A stretch of 64,000 bases of DNA from Octopus sinensis (GCF_006345805.1 NC_042999.1:24304001-24368000), one strand, 5' to 3'. Shown: positions 37,620-51,670, counted from the first letter of the stretch. Program-made: numbers and translations. The notes: generated from the sequence alone by a model not told the origin.

Positions 37620-38016
37620 CACACACACACACACACACACATACACAAACAGACGCACATATGAGGATCAGTTAATTATAATTTTATTAAACTTAATTCC
37701 CCTATCAGATTCATTCATTTATTGCAGCGGTCCTTCAATTGTCCGAAGCCCTGTAAAAAATTTCGGAAGATTGTTAAAGAATTCTCGATGCTTTTAAGAT
37801 CAGGAACATTTCACACGCCTTTGTATATACACACACACATACATACATACATACATACATACATGCGTACATATATACATGGTACATACAAGTATATGTG
37901 CATGCGTCTCTGTGTGTGTGTGGCGATCGTAAGATCGTGGTTTCGATTCCTAAACAGGCAGTGCATTGTGTTCTGGAGCAAAACAATTCATTTCACTTCG
38001 CTGTAAATAAATAAAT

Positions 38017-38285
38017 GGAGGCACATGGCCTAGTGGTTAGAGCAGCGGATTCACTGTCGAGGAATCGTGGGTTCGAATCTCAGACCGGGCGATGTGTGTG
38101 TTTATGAGCGAAACACCTAAGCTCCACGTGGCTCCGTCAGAAGGTAATGGCGAACTTCTGCTGTTTCTTTCGCCACAACTTTCTCTCACTTTTTTCTCCT
38201 GCATCTTGCAGCTCGCCTGCGACGGACAAGTGTACCGTCCAGGTGGGGAACCTATACGCCAAGGAAACCGGGAAACCGGCCCTAT
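38017..38285 (+). mobile_element. SINE family B
   Basis: A and B boxes and body as in the 10945 copy. Confidence 0.85.
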
Positions 38286-38701
38286 GCTCCACAAGGGGCA
38301 AAAATGATTAAGAAGAAGACGAAGAAGAAGAAGAAGAGTAATAGATAAACATTTAACGAACTGGCGTTCCTCTCAAGGAGAATGTTGGTGCGTCCGTCTA
38401 ACCAGCGGGATGGTACCATTCGGAAGGTGTAGCAATGCAAGGAAGCGCATTGTGATGAGCGGTGTATCACAACATCCGATAGTCTTGTCAGTAGTGTAAT
38501 ACATTCGAAGAAAAATAAAAGAGGATCAATTAATTATGATTCTTATCTTACATATTCCCTTCTCAAATTCATACATTTATTGTGGCGACGGTTCTTCAGA
38601 TTTTCTAACCCCTGGAAGAGAACTCAGAATGCTGGACCTCCACCCAGGCCTTTCACGAGACTTTTAAAACCGAGAACTTTTCAGGACTCTCTTGTATAAT
38701 G

Positions 38702-39089
38702 TACTAGCAGTATCGCCCGGCGTTGCTCAGGTTTGTAAGGGAAATAACTATAAAGCATTTTTAAGAGTTATAGCCAAAAAATAGCCAAAAAATGGAAAAA
38801 AATGATGGTAAATTTTTTTTTGAGAGTAATAAAAGGTTGAGTTGCGTCCCCTAGACAGTCTGTGGTTTGTTTTTTTTTTTATTCTCGACCCTATGTCGAA
38901 TTTATCGATTTTTTTCAGACTGGGGAACTTTTCAAAATTTTCGCTGCGTTAGTTTTGAATTATGACATTGGGCTATGTGTGTGTCAAGTTTCATCAGAAT
39001 CGGTTGAAAGCCGTGGTCAGGGTGAGGGTACGAGAAAACAGACACACAGAAACACGCACAGACAAACTGCCGTTTATATAGAGAGAGAT
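38702..39089 (+). mobile_element. Non-autonomous Helitron/Helentron (DINE-1/HINE-like)
   Basis: 5' tactag..cccggcgttgctc.gg; 3' aagtttcatcagaatcggttgaaagccg, acagac repeats, gccgtttatatagagagagat. Confidence 0.68.
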
Positions 39090-39474
39090 ACACACAAACA
39101 CTCACCGCGCGCGTGCACATGCGAATCTGTGTTAATTTATCGATGTGTAACTATGCTGGCATATATTGGCTGAGAATATATTTTATATCGAATCACCAAT
39201 TATATTCAAGCTGTGTAACTATTGAACTTTCGAAGCAACACATAAGGTTTCAATCCACCACAGTATTAGATATGAGATATTCTCTTTCAATTGACATCTC
39301 CCATGTGAGCAAACAACGCTGGAATTTAATTGCTATAAAAACATTTCGAGGAATCAATAACTGCAAGCGCTGTGCTGTCAGCTTACTTTTGACACCCTGC
39401 TATGAGGTCTTTAAGAGCTCACTGACTCCCGCTGTTTGAGTGCAATGCACAAGAAAAGAGGATAACATAACATT

Positions 39475-39556
39475 AATAATAATAATAATAACAATAATAA
39501 TAATAATAATAATGATAATAATAATAATAATAATAATGGTAATAATAATAATAATA

Positions 39557-39648
<92 letters not shown>

Positions 39649-39900
39649 TGTAATAGTAATGATAAAAATTATAATAATGATGATGATGACGACGACGATG
39701 ATGATAATAATAATAATAATAATAATAAAATAATAATAATAATAATAATGATGATGATGATGATGATGATGATAATAATAAATAATAATAATAATAATAA
39801 TAACAATAATAATAATAATATATTAGTAATAATAATGATGATGATGATGACGACGACGATGGTAATAATGACAATGATAATAATAATAATAATAATAATT
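39475..39900. repeat. (AAT)n/(GAT)n/(GAC)n trinucleotide array
   Basis: Visible directly; source of the poly-I and poly-Y ORFs. Confidence 0.97.
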
Positions 39901-40227
39901 GTGATTACTTAGGCACACCCATAGAAAACAGTGAAAAGATGGTAAAAAAGAAACCGACCTGGGTAAAACGCTAGTGGTATTTCTGTTATTTGCAGTAACA
40001 CGGGGGACAAATAAAAAGATAGTGCATGACTGGGAGGTGGGGGCGGGTTTTAGAAAACTCGTTTTTTGAAAAGGTCATATCAGAGCTCTCGCATTGTTTA
40101 AGATTGCTGATACACGTACAAAAGATACTAACTATTTGTTAGTGTGGGTCACTGAGTATATCTTGTGCCTCTCCCACACCTAGCAAACTAGGTGTTCATT
40201 ATTGCGGTAATATGAAATAGTCATCAA

Positions 40228-40460
40228 GACGGTGGGCTGGCAGAAACGTTAGCACACCAGGCGAAATGCTTAGCAGTATTTCGTCTGCCGTTACGTTCTG
40301 AGTTCAAATTCCGCCTAGGTCGATTTTGCCTTTCATCCTTTCGGGGTCGATAAATTAAGTACCAGTTACGCACTGGGGTCGATCTAATCGACTTAACCCG
40401 TTTGTCTGTCCATGTTTGTCCTCTCCGTGTTTAGCCCCTTGTGGGCAGTAAAGAAATAAG
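40228..40460 (+). mobile_element. SINE A monomer (A1 tail)
   Basis: Full head to gtgggcagtaaagaaataag. Confidence 0.88.
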
Positions 40461-40724
40461 AAAAACTATGACTTGAAATATATGACTTGTAAAATATGAC
40501 AAAAAAATGGGATCAGCGGTTCTAGAACGAGAGGACGGAATTTCTAGGGCTAGAAGTAATTAAATTCGCGGAAGTTTGGAAAATAAAACTGTCACGATCC
40601 TTTATGACAAGTTAATTCATTGGAAAGTGAATTCAAAAATTGCTCTCCCAAAAAACAAAAACATTTGGTTAAAGCGCATGAGTAACACTGCTTCCGAATT
40701 GGAATATGACACACTTAAATGTAA

Positions 40725-41255
40725 CGTCGCCCTTTTCAAGCTCATGGGCCCAGTTTCCCCAGTTTCTGTGGCGTATGTATTCTTCCCAGCTGGACGGGAC
40801 ACCTTTCCATCGCAGCGTTACTCAAGAAACAGGAAGAGAGAGAAAGTTGTGATGAAAGAGTACAACAAGGGTCGCCACCACCCCCTGCCGGAGCCTCGTG
40901 GAGCTTTTATGTGTTTTCGCTCAATAAACACAAACAACGACCGGTCTGGGAATCGAAACCGCGATCCTCCGACCGCGAGTCCGCTGCCCTAACCACTGGG
41001 CCATTGCGCCTCCACGCACTTAAATATATATTTCTCTACTACCCACAAGGAGCTAAACATAGAGGGGACAAACAAGGACAGACAAAGGGATTAAGTCGAT
41101 TACATCGACCCCAGTGCGTAACTGGTACTTAATTTATCGACCCCGAAAGGATGAAAGGCAAAGTCGACCTCGGCGGAATTTGAACTGGGAACGTAACGAC
41201 AGACGAAATACGGCTACACATTTCGCCCGACGTGCTAACGATTCTGCCAGCTCGA
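40725..41255 (-). mobile_element. Adjacent SINE B (40725-41015) and SINE A (41035-41255)
   Basis: Reverse complements of the family consensuses seen elsewhere in the window. Confidence 0.85.
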
Positions 41256-41899
41256 AATATAGTAGACTGAAATTATATGACCGTACTCTAATCGTACAAT
41301 CAAGTACCAGATGTTAACCCTCGTAATATATTACTGCAATCACATTGCCGATATACCAAACGGATGCCAAAAACAGAAAACAAAACCATGTTCTGTATAT
41401 GTTAAAACATTCTGAATGAGAGATTCTCATTACGAAGGAAGCATTTAGAGATACTCACAGCCATAAAATCTTAACACAAAAGGAATTTGACTGAAAAATC
41501 GTAAACATATATATATAATGCCATAGAAGTGTTTGGGAGTTACGAAATTTGAAACCCTGGAACAGCAGCTAGCTTACGTTGTGTAAACGAAACTCACTAC
41601 TACATGTGAAATATAAAGCAAATTAGCGTGATATAAACGAAAGACGCTAAAAGCTAAACAAAGTACTTGACAAAGATCTTAAATCAGCCTATCAGAATTT
41701 TAATATAATACATCGGTCTATCAGAACTTTTACATAAACAAGACAGTTAATGTCACCAAAATTCGAAGTAGAATATTACAAGAAACCCCTGATGGGACTA
41801 AGAGTTTGATTTAACAAGAAATCCAAAATAAACTCAAAGTGAGAAAAAAAAACTATAAATACGTGACTCAGACTGAATTAAGAATAAATATAATATTGG

Positions 41900-42495
41900 T
41901 TTCAAATGTTAGCCTAAGGCTAGTAATTCTGGGGGATGGGAATAAGTCGATTACATCGTTCCCAATATTCAGTTGGTACTTATTTTATCGACTCCGATAG
42001 AATAAAAGACAAGGTCAGCCTAGGCAGAGTTTGAGTTAAAAACATAAAGATGGACGAAATGCGGATAAGCAATTTGGTCGGCGTGCTAACGATTCTAATT
42101 TCTTTATTGCCCACAAGGAGCTAAACACAGAGGGGACAAACAAGGACAGACAAGGGGATTAAATCGATTACATCTACCCCAGTGCGTAACTGGTACTTAA
42201 TTTATCAACCCCGAAAGGATGAAAGGCAAAGTCGACCTCGGCGGAATTTGAACTCAGAACGTAACGGCAGACGAAATATCTATTTCTTTACGACCCACAA
42301 GGGGCTAAACACAGAGAGGACAAACAAACGGATCAAGTCGATTACATCGACCCCAGTGCGTAACTGGTACTTATTTAATCGACCCCGAAAGGATGAAAGA
42401 CACAGTCGACCTCGGCGGAATTTGTACTTAGAACGTAAAGACAGACGAAATACCGCTAAGCATTTCGCCGGCCTGCTAACGATTCTGTCCGTTTA
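41900..42495 (-). mobile_element. SINE A trimer with an A2-like last unit
   Basis: Junctions gaaatag|atatttcgtc and gaaatt|agaatcgttagc. Confidence 0.8.
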
Positions 42496-42949
42496 CTGCC
42501 TTGAATAAATGCAATATTAAATTACTAATGGATTAGTAGTGTTTCGTGTGATTGCTTTAATGTACTACATAACATATCTATACATCTAATAGTCCAAACT
42601 ATGTATTACGACGAATATAAACAATACGTCTATACAAGTTCGTGTGTAGAAAAAAAAGAGAACCACTCTTCCTTCCTTTTTTTTTTCACTTTTTTGTTCA
42701 GTAACATATTGTATAGACGTATATTGTTTACATTTGTCGCAAAACGGTATTGCTTCCCATTTTTCTGTCCAAGAACATGTCTCATAGACGTATTACTTAC
42801 ATTCTTCTTAACGTACAAAGTTGGTTATTAATCTATAGTACATTATATAGCTATAATCGGAATAGTACTGGAATAAATACTTTAGAAACAGCCAAATTTC
42901 AGATCACCAGATCTAGATAGTGTAACAAGATATTAATTACGAATACTTC

Positions 42950-44390
42950 ACCATCGCCTCAAGGGGGTTCATTTTATTGTATGAAAGGAGTATAAAGGAC
43001 ACATTAGAGCTTCCGAAATTGGCACGTGCAAAACCAACCAAAGAAATAATTGTAGCTTAATAGCTTACCAGAACGTTTCGCGCATGATCTGTACCAGATA
43101 ATATCAATATACCTCTTTAATAGTCTGCTGTTGATGATATTATATTAATGATATTACAACAGCTGAATAAGCTGTAGGTAATAGGAATATTCAGCGCAGT
43201 ACAAAATTCCTCATTGTTAAAGAAAATGAATGAAGAATGATGCACCGGATCATGGATGTAGAGTAGTTGGACTATGACCTTATGTTTGATAGTAAGGCGG
43301 CGAGCTGGCAGAAACGTTAGCGCGCCGGGCGAAATGCTTAGTGGTATTTCGTCTGCGGTTACGTTCTGAGTTCAAATTCCGCCGAGGTCGACTTTGCCTT
43401 TCATCCTTTCGGGGTCGATAAATTAAGTACCAGTTACGCACTGGATTCGATGTAATCGACTTAATACCTATGTCTGTCCTTGTTTGTCCCCTCTGTGTTT
43501 AGCCCCTTGTGGGTAATAAAGAAATAGAAATAGGTATTTCGTCTGCGGTTACGTTCTGAGTTCAAATTCCGCCGAGGTCGAGTTTGCCTTTCATCCTTTC
43601 GGGGTCGATTAAATAAGTACCAGTTACGCACTAGGGTTTATATAATCGACTTAATCCGTTTGTCTGTCCTTGTTTGTCCCCTCTGTGTTTATTATTCCTT
43701 GTGGGTAGTAATGAAATAGGTATGTCGTCTGTCGTTACGTTCTGAGTTCAAATTCCACCCAGATCGACTTTACCTTTCATCCTTTCGAGGTCGATAAATA
43801 AAGTACCAGTTACACAGTGGGGTCGGTATAATCTACTTAATCCGTTTGTCTGTCCTTGTTAGTCCCCTCTATATTTAGCCCCTTGTGGGTAGTAAAGGAA
43901 AAGACATTATATTTGATAGTGTATTACATTACAGGAAATCTGAGAACCGCTGATAGACAAAGTATCAGAACAACATTCAAGTTGTCTAGTGCTTGGCAAT
44001 CCTAGTTCTCATTCATTATATCCAGACATCAAGGGCAACGATTACTATCGGCTGTTATATGTACTACAGGGCGACAGTTTGTGTTCACTATTGTTTACCC
44101 TCTAACCGAATGCACAGTTATAAATAAGTTTTAAATATTAAATGCAGTTTGTTTAAATAATCAGTACGTACACAATGAAGGATGATCGCGGGATTTCTAA
44201 ATCTTTGGAGTAATATATGAGGCCCAGGTTATAAAAGTAAAGTAAAATCTACAGTAAACGAAACTCTCAGATATATGCCACAATCAAGAAATAGATCAGC
44301 AATCTTACTTGAATTCTCGTGAGAAACGTAAAAGAGAAGGAAGGCATTCATAGACCACAGCAAACAGGTTTGCAGCGCCAGCGTCCGAAG
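42950..44390 (+). mobile_element. Very old LINE RT relic (RTE-like?) interrupted by a SINE A trimer
   Basis: VLQGDSLCSLLF (QGD motif) near 44060; DYDLMFDS resembles DxxKAFDS near 43270; many stops. Confidence 0.4.
43294..43902 (+). mobile_element. SINE A trimer flanked by one 18-bp TSD
   Basis: gaccttatgtttgatagt 43276-43293 and gacattatatttgatagt 43903-43920. Confidence 0.9.
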
Positions 44391-44421
44391 TACAAATTCA
44401 TTTTATTTATTTATTTTATTT

Positions 44422-45165
44422 ATGCGCCCTTTTCAAGCCTAGCTAGACTCATGGGTCCGGTTTCCCGGTTTCTGTGGCGTATGTGATCCCCCCCTAGCTG
44501 GACGGGACGCCAGTCCATCGCAGCGTTACTCAAAAAGCAGTGAGAGAAAATTGGGGCGAAAGAGTACAAAGGTCCCCACTCCCACCCTACCGGAGCCTCG
44601 TGGAGCTTTTAGGCGTTTTCGCTCAATAAACACACACAACGCCCGGTCTAGGAATCGAAACCGCGTTGTTCGACCGCGAGTCCGCTGCCCTAACCACTGG
44701 TCCATTGCGCCTCCACACAAATTCATTTTTAATTCTAATTATTATCAGAGGGTCTACATGGTTAAATACATACTCTTTTACTTGTTTCAGTCATTTGACT
44801 GCGGCCATGCTGGTGCACCGCCTTTTAGTCGAGCAAATCGACCCCAGGACTTATTCTTTGTAAGCCTAGTACTTATTCTATCGGACGCTTTTACCGAACC
44901 ACTAAGTTGCGGGGACGTAAACACACCAGCATCGGTTATCAAGTGATGTTGGGGAGAAAAACACAGACACACACACACACACATATATATATACATATAT
45001 ACGATGGGCTTCTTTCAGTTTTCGTCTATCAAATCCACTCACAAGGCTTTGGTCGTCTCGATGCTATAGTAGAAGACACTTGCCCAAGATGCCACGCAGT
45101 GGGACTGAACCTGGAACCATGTGGTTCGTAAGCAAGCTACTTACCATGCAGCCACTCCTGCGCCT
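44422..45165 (-). mobile_element. SINE B (44422-44715) and full SINE C (44775-45165)
   Basis: Family consensus matches. Confidence 0.85.
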
Positions 45166-46429
45166 AGAATTACGACTGAAAGAATTACAACTGAACATAA
45201 AATCCTAAGAAAAATACAGAACCAGTACAAAGTACAAACTTCAGAACGGTATCCTAGTTGGAACGACATTAAAAAATGCTAAACGTTTAACGAAATTTAA
45301 AGAATGAATAGTGGTAGAAATATTAGGTTTTTTTGTTATAGTTTTGTGTTCTCGTTCTCTCTTACCATGTCTTTTGTTATATTTCTGACTCTAACTTGTT
45401 TTCTAGTAACTATGCTATCAGAAGAAAGATGCATACAGTCGAGTATATAATGCTGTATGTATGCACAAATGTACGAGTTTATTTAAGTGTGTTTCAGACA
45501 TCGAGGTCATATTTAATAACCAGCAGCTGTGAGTTGCTTTTAAAGGAGAATGAGTCTTTTATGAACTGCCCGGTAAGGCTTTTTCTTCTTCTGAAGTATG
45601 AATAATTAAGTCAGTTATTCGTACATTACAATGCTTTATTTCACAGCAAAGACGGCAATTAAATATTAAATGTAAAATGGAATCAAGTGCTCATAGCACT
45701 AAGGAGGTAAATTGTTACATACACATAAGGGTACAAGGAACAAGTCCTCGGTCATCCGGATCATTGTTGATTGTAAAATTATTTAAAATATTCATTGTCA
45801 CAAACGTATATAATCATTGCTGTTTTCTATTCTTATATCTTTTAATATAACTGTTTCAGTCACTTGTCTGCAGCCATGCTGGGGCTCGACCATCAAGGGT
45901 TTTAGTCGGATATATTGATCCTAGTGCCCTTTTATTTAAAAAAAATCTGGCACATTTTTCATCCATCTCTGTTGCTGAACCATTCAGTTGTGAAGACTTA
46001 AACAAACCAACACCGGTTATAAAGTGTTGTGCGTGTGTGGGTGTTTTCTACGATTTTCTTCTCTTCTATTTATCCTATATTTTTTCAAAATCTCTCTCAA
46101 GCATTACCCATTACAATTCGTCTTGACCTAACGGCCCTTAATGTTTCGTCCACTTTGTTGGTGTCTGTTCGTTCGAAGCCCTAACTCTCCACAAATTTTA
46201 TATTTTAAATATTTCTGGATGCTACTGTCTTATGAAGTTTTCCCATCTTATCGTTAAAAGCACAAAATAGGGGACTAATAAACAGTCCGACAACTGATGA
46301 ACGAGTTATTTTCTTTTGGTATTTTATCCTATAATTTTATCTCATGTGTCTACGTATTTTTCACTCGTTGGTGTTGCCCTGTACTTAATGTGTATTTTTT
46401 ATTCATGTACACACACACACACATATAGA

Positions 46430-46461
<32 letters not shown>

Positions 46462-47584
46462 ATATATATACGCACACATATACACACATTCATATATGCG
46501 GCAGGTACGATACGATTACCATCTACAAAATTCACTCATAAAACATTGGCCGGACCACGACGACAACGAAATAGTTAACCAGAGCGCATTGAAGCGGGAC
46601 TCAACTCGAAACCGAAACCACATGCTCGCAAAACGAGATTCTTAATCACACAATCATGCAAGTGTTTGTGTGGAGAATTCCTATTTATTGAACCTAAATT
46701 TCCATGTATGTATATTCATACATACATGGAAACCTTCAGCTTCTACATTCAAGTTACAAGCACGCATTTATGCCGATAATAATTGGTGCACTTAGTTTAG
46801 TTAGTAAATGTCCATGTGACAATCTGGAAATTCAGAAAAAGAAATAATCTAACTAACACGCACATTATAGTACAATCCCAAAGCGGAATATTAAAAATAT
46901 GCAACACTTTTCTCAAGCTGTACATGCGACATTGTTTTTCTTAACTACAGTACAACGATGACGATTTTGCATCTTTGTTAGAAATCAACTCCTTCCTTAT
47001 AGGAAGAATTCAAACAATGAAAAATAGCAGAGACGCTACATGCATACCTACATGCAAGCATAAACACATGTGTGTTTGTGCTTACGATTGCTTGTCTGGG
47101 TGTACATTGCTACGCATGTATGTTCGTGTGCAAACATATAAATATACGCCAGCTGGTAGCAGTAATTTATGTAATTTATCACCTGACAGTTAGTAAATAT
47201 AATATGTTGTCATAAAACGATGGAATAAACAGACGCCAGCAATCCTCACGCTTAACACGCTCATCGACGCACGATTACATGCATTAGGATCAAAGCCCAT
47301 GCTACAGATTTCATACAAAAGTATACAGACACACCCCTACCCCCTACACGTACACCACCACACGTGATGTTTTAGTCTAAATTAAGGTGGCAAGCTGTAA
47401 AAAGGTTTCTAACTTCCACAAGAGAGAACGAAATTAAAAGAATTTCGAGCCTACGTACATGCGTAAACACACATACACCCCGCCCCCCCCCCCCATATAT
47501 ATATAAATTAATACAAACAACCATGCGCAATGTGATACCATAAAGGAAAATATAAATCGTCACTAAATGAAACTAAGGGTGTCA

Positions 47585-47658
<74 letters not shown>

Positions 47659-49663
47659 ATATATATATATATATAGGCTCTTTCTGACAGAACAGATATT
47701 CCCTGCTGTATTCTGACGGGGATAATATCCATCAAGGACGCACCATGTTTAAAATCTCGAAACAAAATCGTACAGCGTTTGGTCTTTTTAGTAGTAGAGA
47801 GCTTATATTGTTGAACATAGGAGGCTGGAAGTCAAAGCAATACATCTCTGGGTACTGATGGTCATCTCTTTATCACTACAATGAATTATAATACAGTATA
47901 TCTTCTAAACAAAAGATCCCTGCATATAGATGCATGTTGCTAGCAGAAATATATATGTTAATTCACATACACACATATCTGTATATACATACACACACAC
48001 ACACACACACATACATATATATATATATGATCTGGTGTACGCACTTAAAGCAGTATTAAATATAAAATGCTTGTTATACTTGATGCATATACAGTGCTGA
48101 AGGTAAACTACTGCAGATTTCAGTCGAGACGTCTCTTATAGATGCGCAGGGCTTGGAACCCAGTTTATAGGGACGAAGAACCAAATCGGCAGCGGTTAGC
48201 GAAAACGCCAAATGCATTTCAGAGTTTTTGCGCTCTGTCAATGACGCGTACTCGCAAGTATCAATATGTCATGACGTAATTTTTCGCCTCCAATATAGGA
48301 ATCAGTGAATAGTGCATTCGCAATACCACGTATAGTAGTATTCACTGTTTGCTATGCGACAAGATACTTGCTACTCACAAGGCACACGAAGGCCGAAATT
48401 CATTTTTGGTCTTGTTACCAGCATCTGGGACGGTTTCAAGTCTCCCTCCTATATACGACATCTGCTATTTTTACACTGGCACGTCAATAAGAGTATTTTT
48501 TAATATCTTATATACACACATAGTGACACATACATACATACATACATACATACATGCATACATACTCACATACATACATACATACACATCCGCACTTTGT
48601 TTCACGCAGCATATGATATTGTGACTTTCATCAGAGAAATACTAGTTTTTATACATGTTGTTCTTGCCACAAAGTTTTATGCAAGGAGGCCCACCCAAGA
48701 CACATATTCAAAATTGTACCGATTTTACATCTATTTCCTACATCTATTTCTAATTTAAATATAAAATCACAAATTTAAAACATAAGGCCCCACTACTTAT
48801 TTAATACATCCCAAGCTGGTGCAATTTCATAAGCTTGAATCCTTATATATTTGTAGGGAGAGTGTTGAATTAATGGGGTTTGTAACTCATATCATAAAGA
48901 GACGTAACTATATTCCGAATGGAATTGTCTGCTGCTGTGCCAATTCTCTTAGAAAGACTGGAATTGTCTTAGAAAGAATGGAATTGTCTGCTGCTGTGCC
49001 AATTCTCTTAGAAAGACTAAACCTTTCTAGGACAGGCAAAAGGACTGACATTTTGGAGAGGTGTTGTCGACTGCATCAACACCATTGCTTGATTGGTATT
49101 TATTCCTTCGCTCCAGAAACTTTAAAACGCAAAGTCGACCTCTGCAGAATTTGAACTCAGAACGTAAAGATGACTGGATTGTCGCTAAGAATTTTGTCCC
49201 GCGTGTTATCTATTCCGCCAACTCGTCACCTTGGAAAGATAAAATGAAAGATAAAATAAAATAAATGTTTCTCACAGTCCCTGGGATACTCTCAGGCTTA
49301 ACGATGAAACCACGCTGTGCGTTTGTGTGAATGAATAGTATATGAATTACAAATTAAGTGTCAACGTTCGTTTTCTTTTCATCTCGTTAATCGCTATAAA
49401 TTTTGCGACTTTTGTATGTTGTGCTCTAATTCAGGCTAATTACCATTCGGTTCACTGCAGCAGGTAAATAATAAACTATTTGTTGTTGTGAGAGTTTACT
49501 GAAAGGTCAACCATGATCGAATATATGTCTGATTACAAGAAATATAACTGCGTTCAGTATGGTCATCATTCCCTCTGTAGTGCATCTAGCTGCATGCCCG
49601 AAACACTGGATAATCCTCGACGATTTCACGTGAATCTTTCTCTCACTTTTACTAAATTAAACA

Positions 49664-50025
49664 GGAGTGGCTGTGTGGTAAGTAGCTTGCTTACCAACCA
49701 CATGTTTCCGTGTTCAGTCCCACTGCGTGGCACCTTGGGCATGTCTCTTCTACTATAGCCTCGGGCCGACCAAAGCCTTGTGAATGGATTTGGTAGACAG
49801 AAACTGAAAAGAAGCACGTCGTATAAATGTATATATATATGTGTGTGATTGTGTGTCTGTGTTTGTCCCCCCCAACATCGCTTTACAACCGATGTTGGTG
49901 TGTTTACGTACCCGTAATATAGCGGTTCGGCAAAAGAGACCCATCGGATAAGTACTAGGCTTAAAAGAATAAGCCCTGGGATCAACTTGATCGATTAAAG
50001 GCGGTGCTCTAGAATGGCTGCCACT
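49664..50025 (+). mobile_element. SINE family C
   Basis: Head, CORE-like block, internal microsatellite, tail. Confidence 0.85.
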
Positions 50026-51442
50026 TATATATGTATACATACATATATTCTATGTAGGTATATATATATATTTACATATATTTATACATATATACACATG
50101 CATACATACATACATACATACATACATACATACATACATACATACATACATACATACATACATACATACATACATACAAAAGTGCCCCATTGTCGATGTT
50201 AAAATTCCAATGAAGGAGCCTTGGATTTTCTATCTTCTCGTGTGCTCCTTTTCACACTTATATATATATATATATATATGAAGAATTAGTATCAGATAAA
50301 TATTAGCAATTTTAGATTTGCATTTTTCTGTTTTTGCAAAGTGTGCTTAGCGCAACTGAAAAGAGTAAAGAAATGCCATGGACCTTTATTTATTTGCACT
50401 TGTGATCCGTTGTTGAGTTATCTCTTGAATCGGCTATATGACGATGAAGAAACTTTTGTGGAAGCACTGATATTGCACCAGACAGAGTTTTTTGTTTGTT
50501 GTTATTTTACACTTACGGAAGAAACCCCGTGTTTGGGAACCTCTGATCTACTAAGTAATTGTTTCTTTATTCGAAAAATGTATTTGGCTAAAGTGCATAG
50601 ACAATCTCTTCCCAAATTATGGAATATTTCTTCAAACTGAACAACCATTACAATGCAGAATTTGATCTTGAAACACTGATAAAAAGTAGATATTTCCTGT
50701 TTCATTTTTGGTTTTGTACGTGAAAGCATATAACATGAGTTTAATCTTTGTTATACATAAAGAAAAAATATAAACAAACAAAATTTGTATAAAAGCAAAC
50801 AAGATTTCTCTTCGTTGTATTAGGTATGTAGGAGAGGAGAAATAACACGCAATAAAAATACTCTAAAAGAAAAACTGCCATGACTGCAATTAATCTTGGC
50901 AATATCTTGAATTTTGCTTCGTAAGTCGATTTGTCGCAAATGTAAAGGAGAGTGCTATAAAAATTTATTCTATTTATAAGCGTATTTTACTTTCCTGCGC
51001 TTGCACTCATTCAGATGAGCGTGAGAACTAGAGAGGCAATGCCTCGTTCATCTGAAGGATCAACCACTAAACATCTCGAAGCGAGCACCAACTGGATGCC
51101 CGATCGATAGAACTGAAAACGACTCTATGAGTCTGAATGAAACGCAACTTTACTTCAGTTCTGTGTAAGCATAAGCTCTCGCGAACATTTTCCTAATCAT
51201 GATTGATTCAGCTAAAACCACTCAAAGGAGCAAAGATGATGGATTTAATTGAAAATCGAATATATTTCTTACTGTCTTCATTACGTTAAATTTCTTGCTT
51301 TGAAAAATATTTAAAAGGAATATATACTTCATTCTTTTCTGTATTCAATTCACATTATATGTACCTCTAATGACGAACTGTTTTGCTGTATTCTCAGCAC
51401 AAATCACTTCACTTTATTTGCTCCAAATTAATTAATTCTAAA

Positions 51443-51670
51443 TATTGGGTTGGTGCTTAATTACTGCGGCTTTTTTCAACAAATTTTATTCAACAAAAAC
51501 AATAACAACATGTAAAAAAAACATCTTTAAATGACTATTCCAGAGCATATTCACCATCTGCTTCAATTACTTCTACTCATTTAAAGATGTTTTTGTTAAA
51601 TATTGTTACTGTTTTTGTTGAATAAAATTTATTGAGAAAAAAGCCGCAATAAATATGCACCAACCCAATA
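51443..51670. mobile_element. Mariner MITE with long TIRs (Hsmar1/MADE1-like ends)
   Basis: TA + ttgggttggtgc...gcggctttttt / aaaaaagccgc...gcaccaacccaa + TA; arms ~95 bp. Confidence 0.85.

Noticed and set aside
48418-48460. Possible minus-strand exon MSYIGGRLETVPDA
   Set aside because: Purine-rich acceptor and no recognisable homology
50525-50546. hAT-like TIR cagaggttcccaaac on minus
   Set aside because: No partner TIR or 8-bp TSD found
50878-51110. Plus-strand ATG exon with GTAAGT donor and a 94-nt intron
   Set aside because: The spliced frame hits a stop immediately
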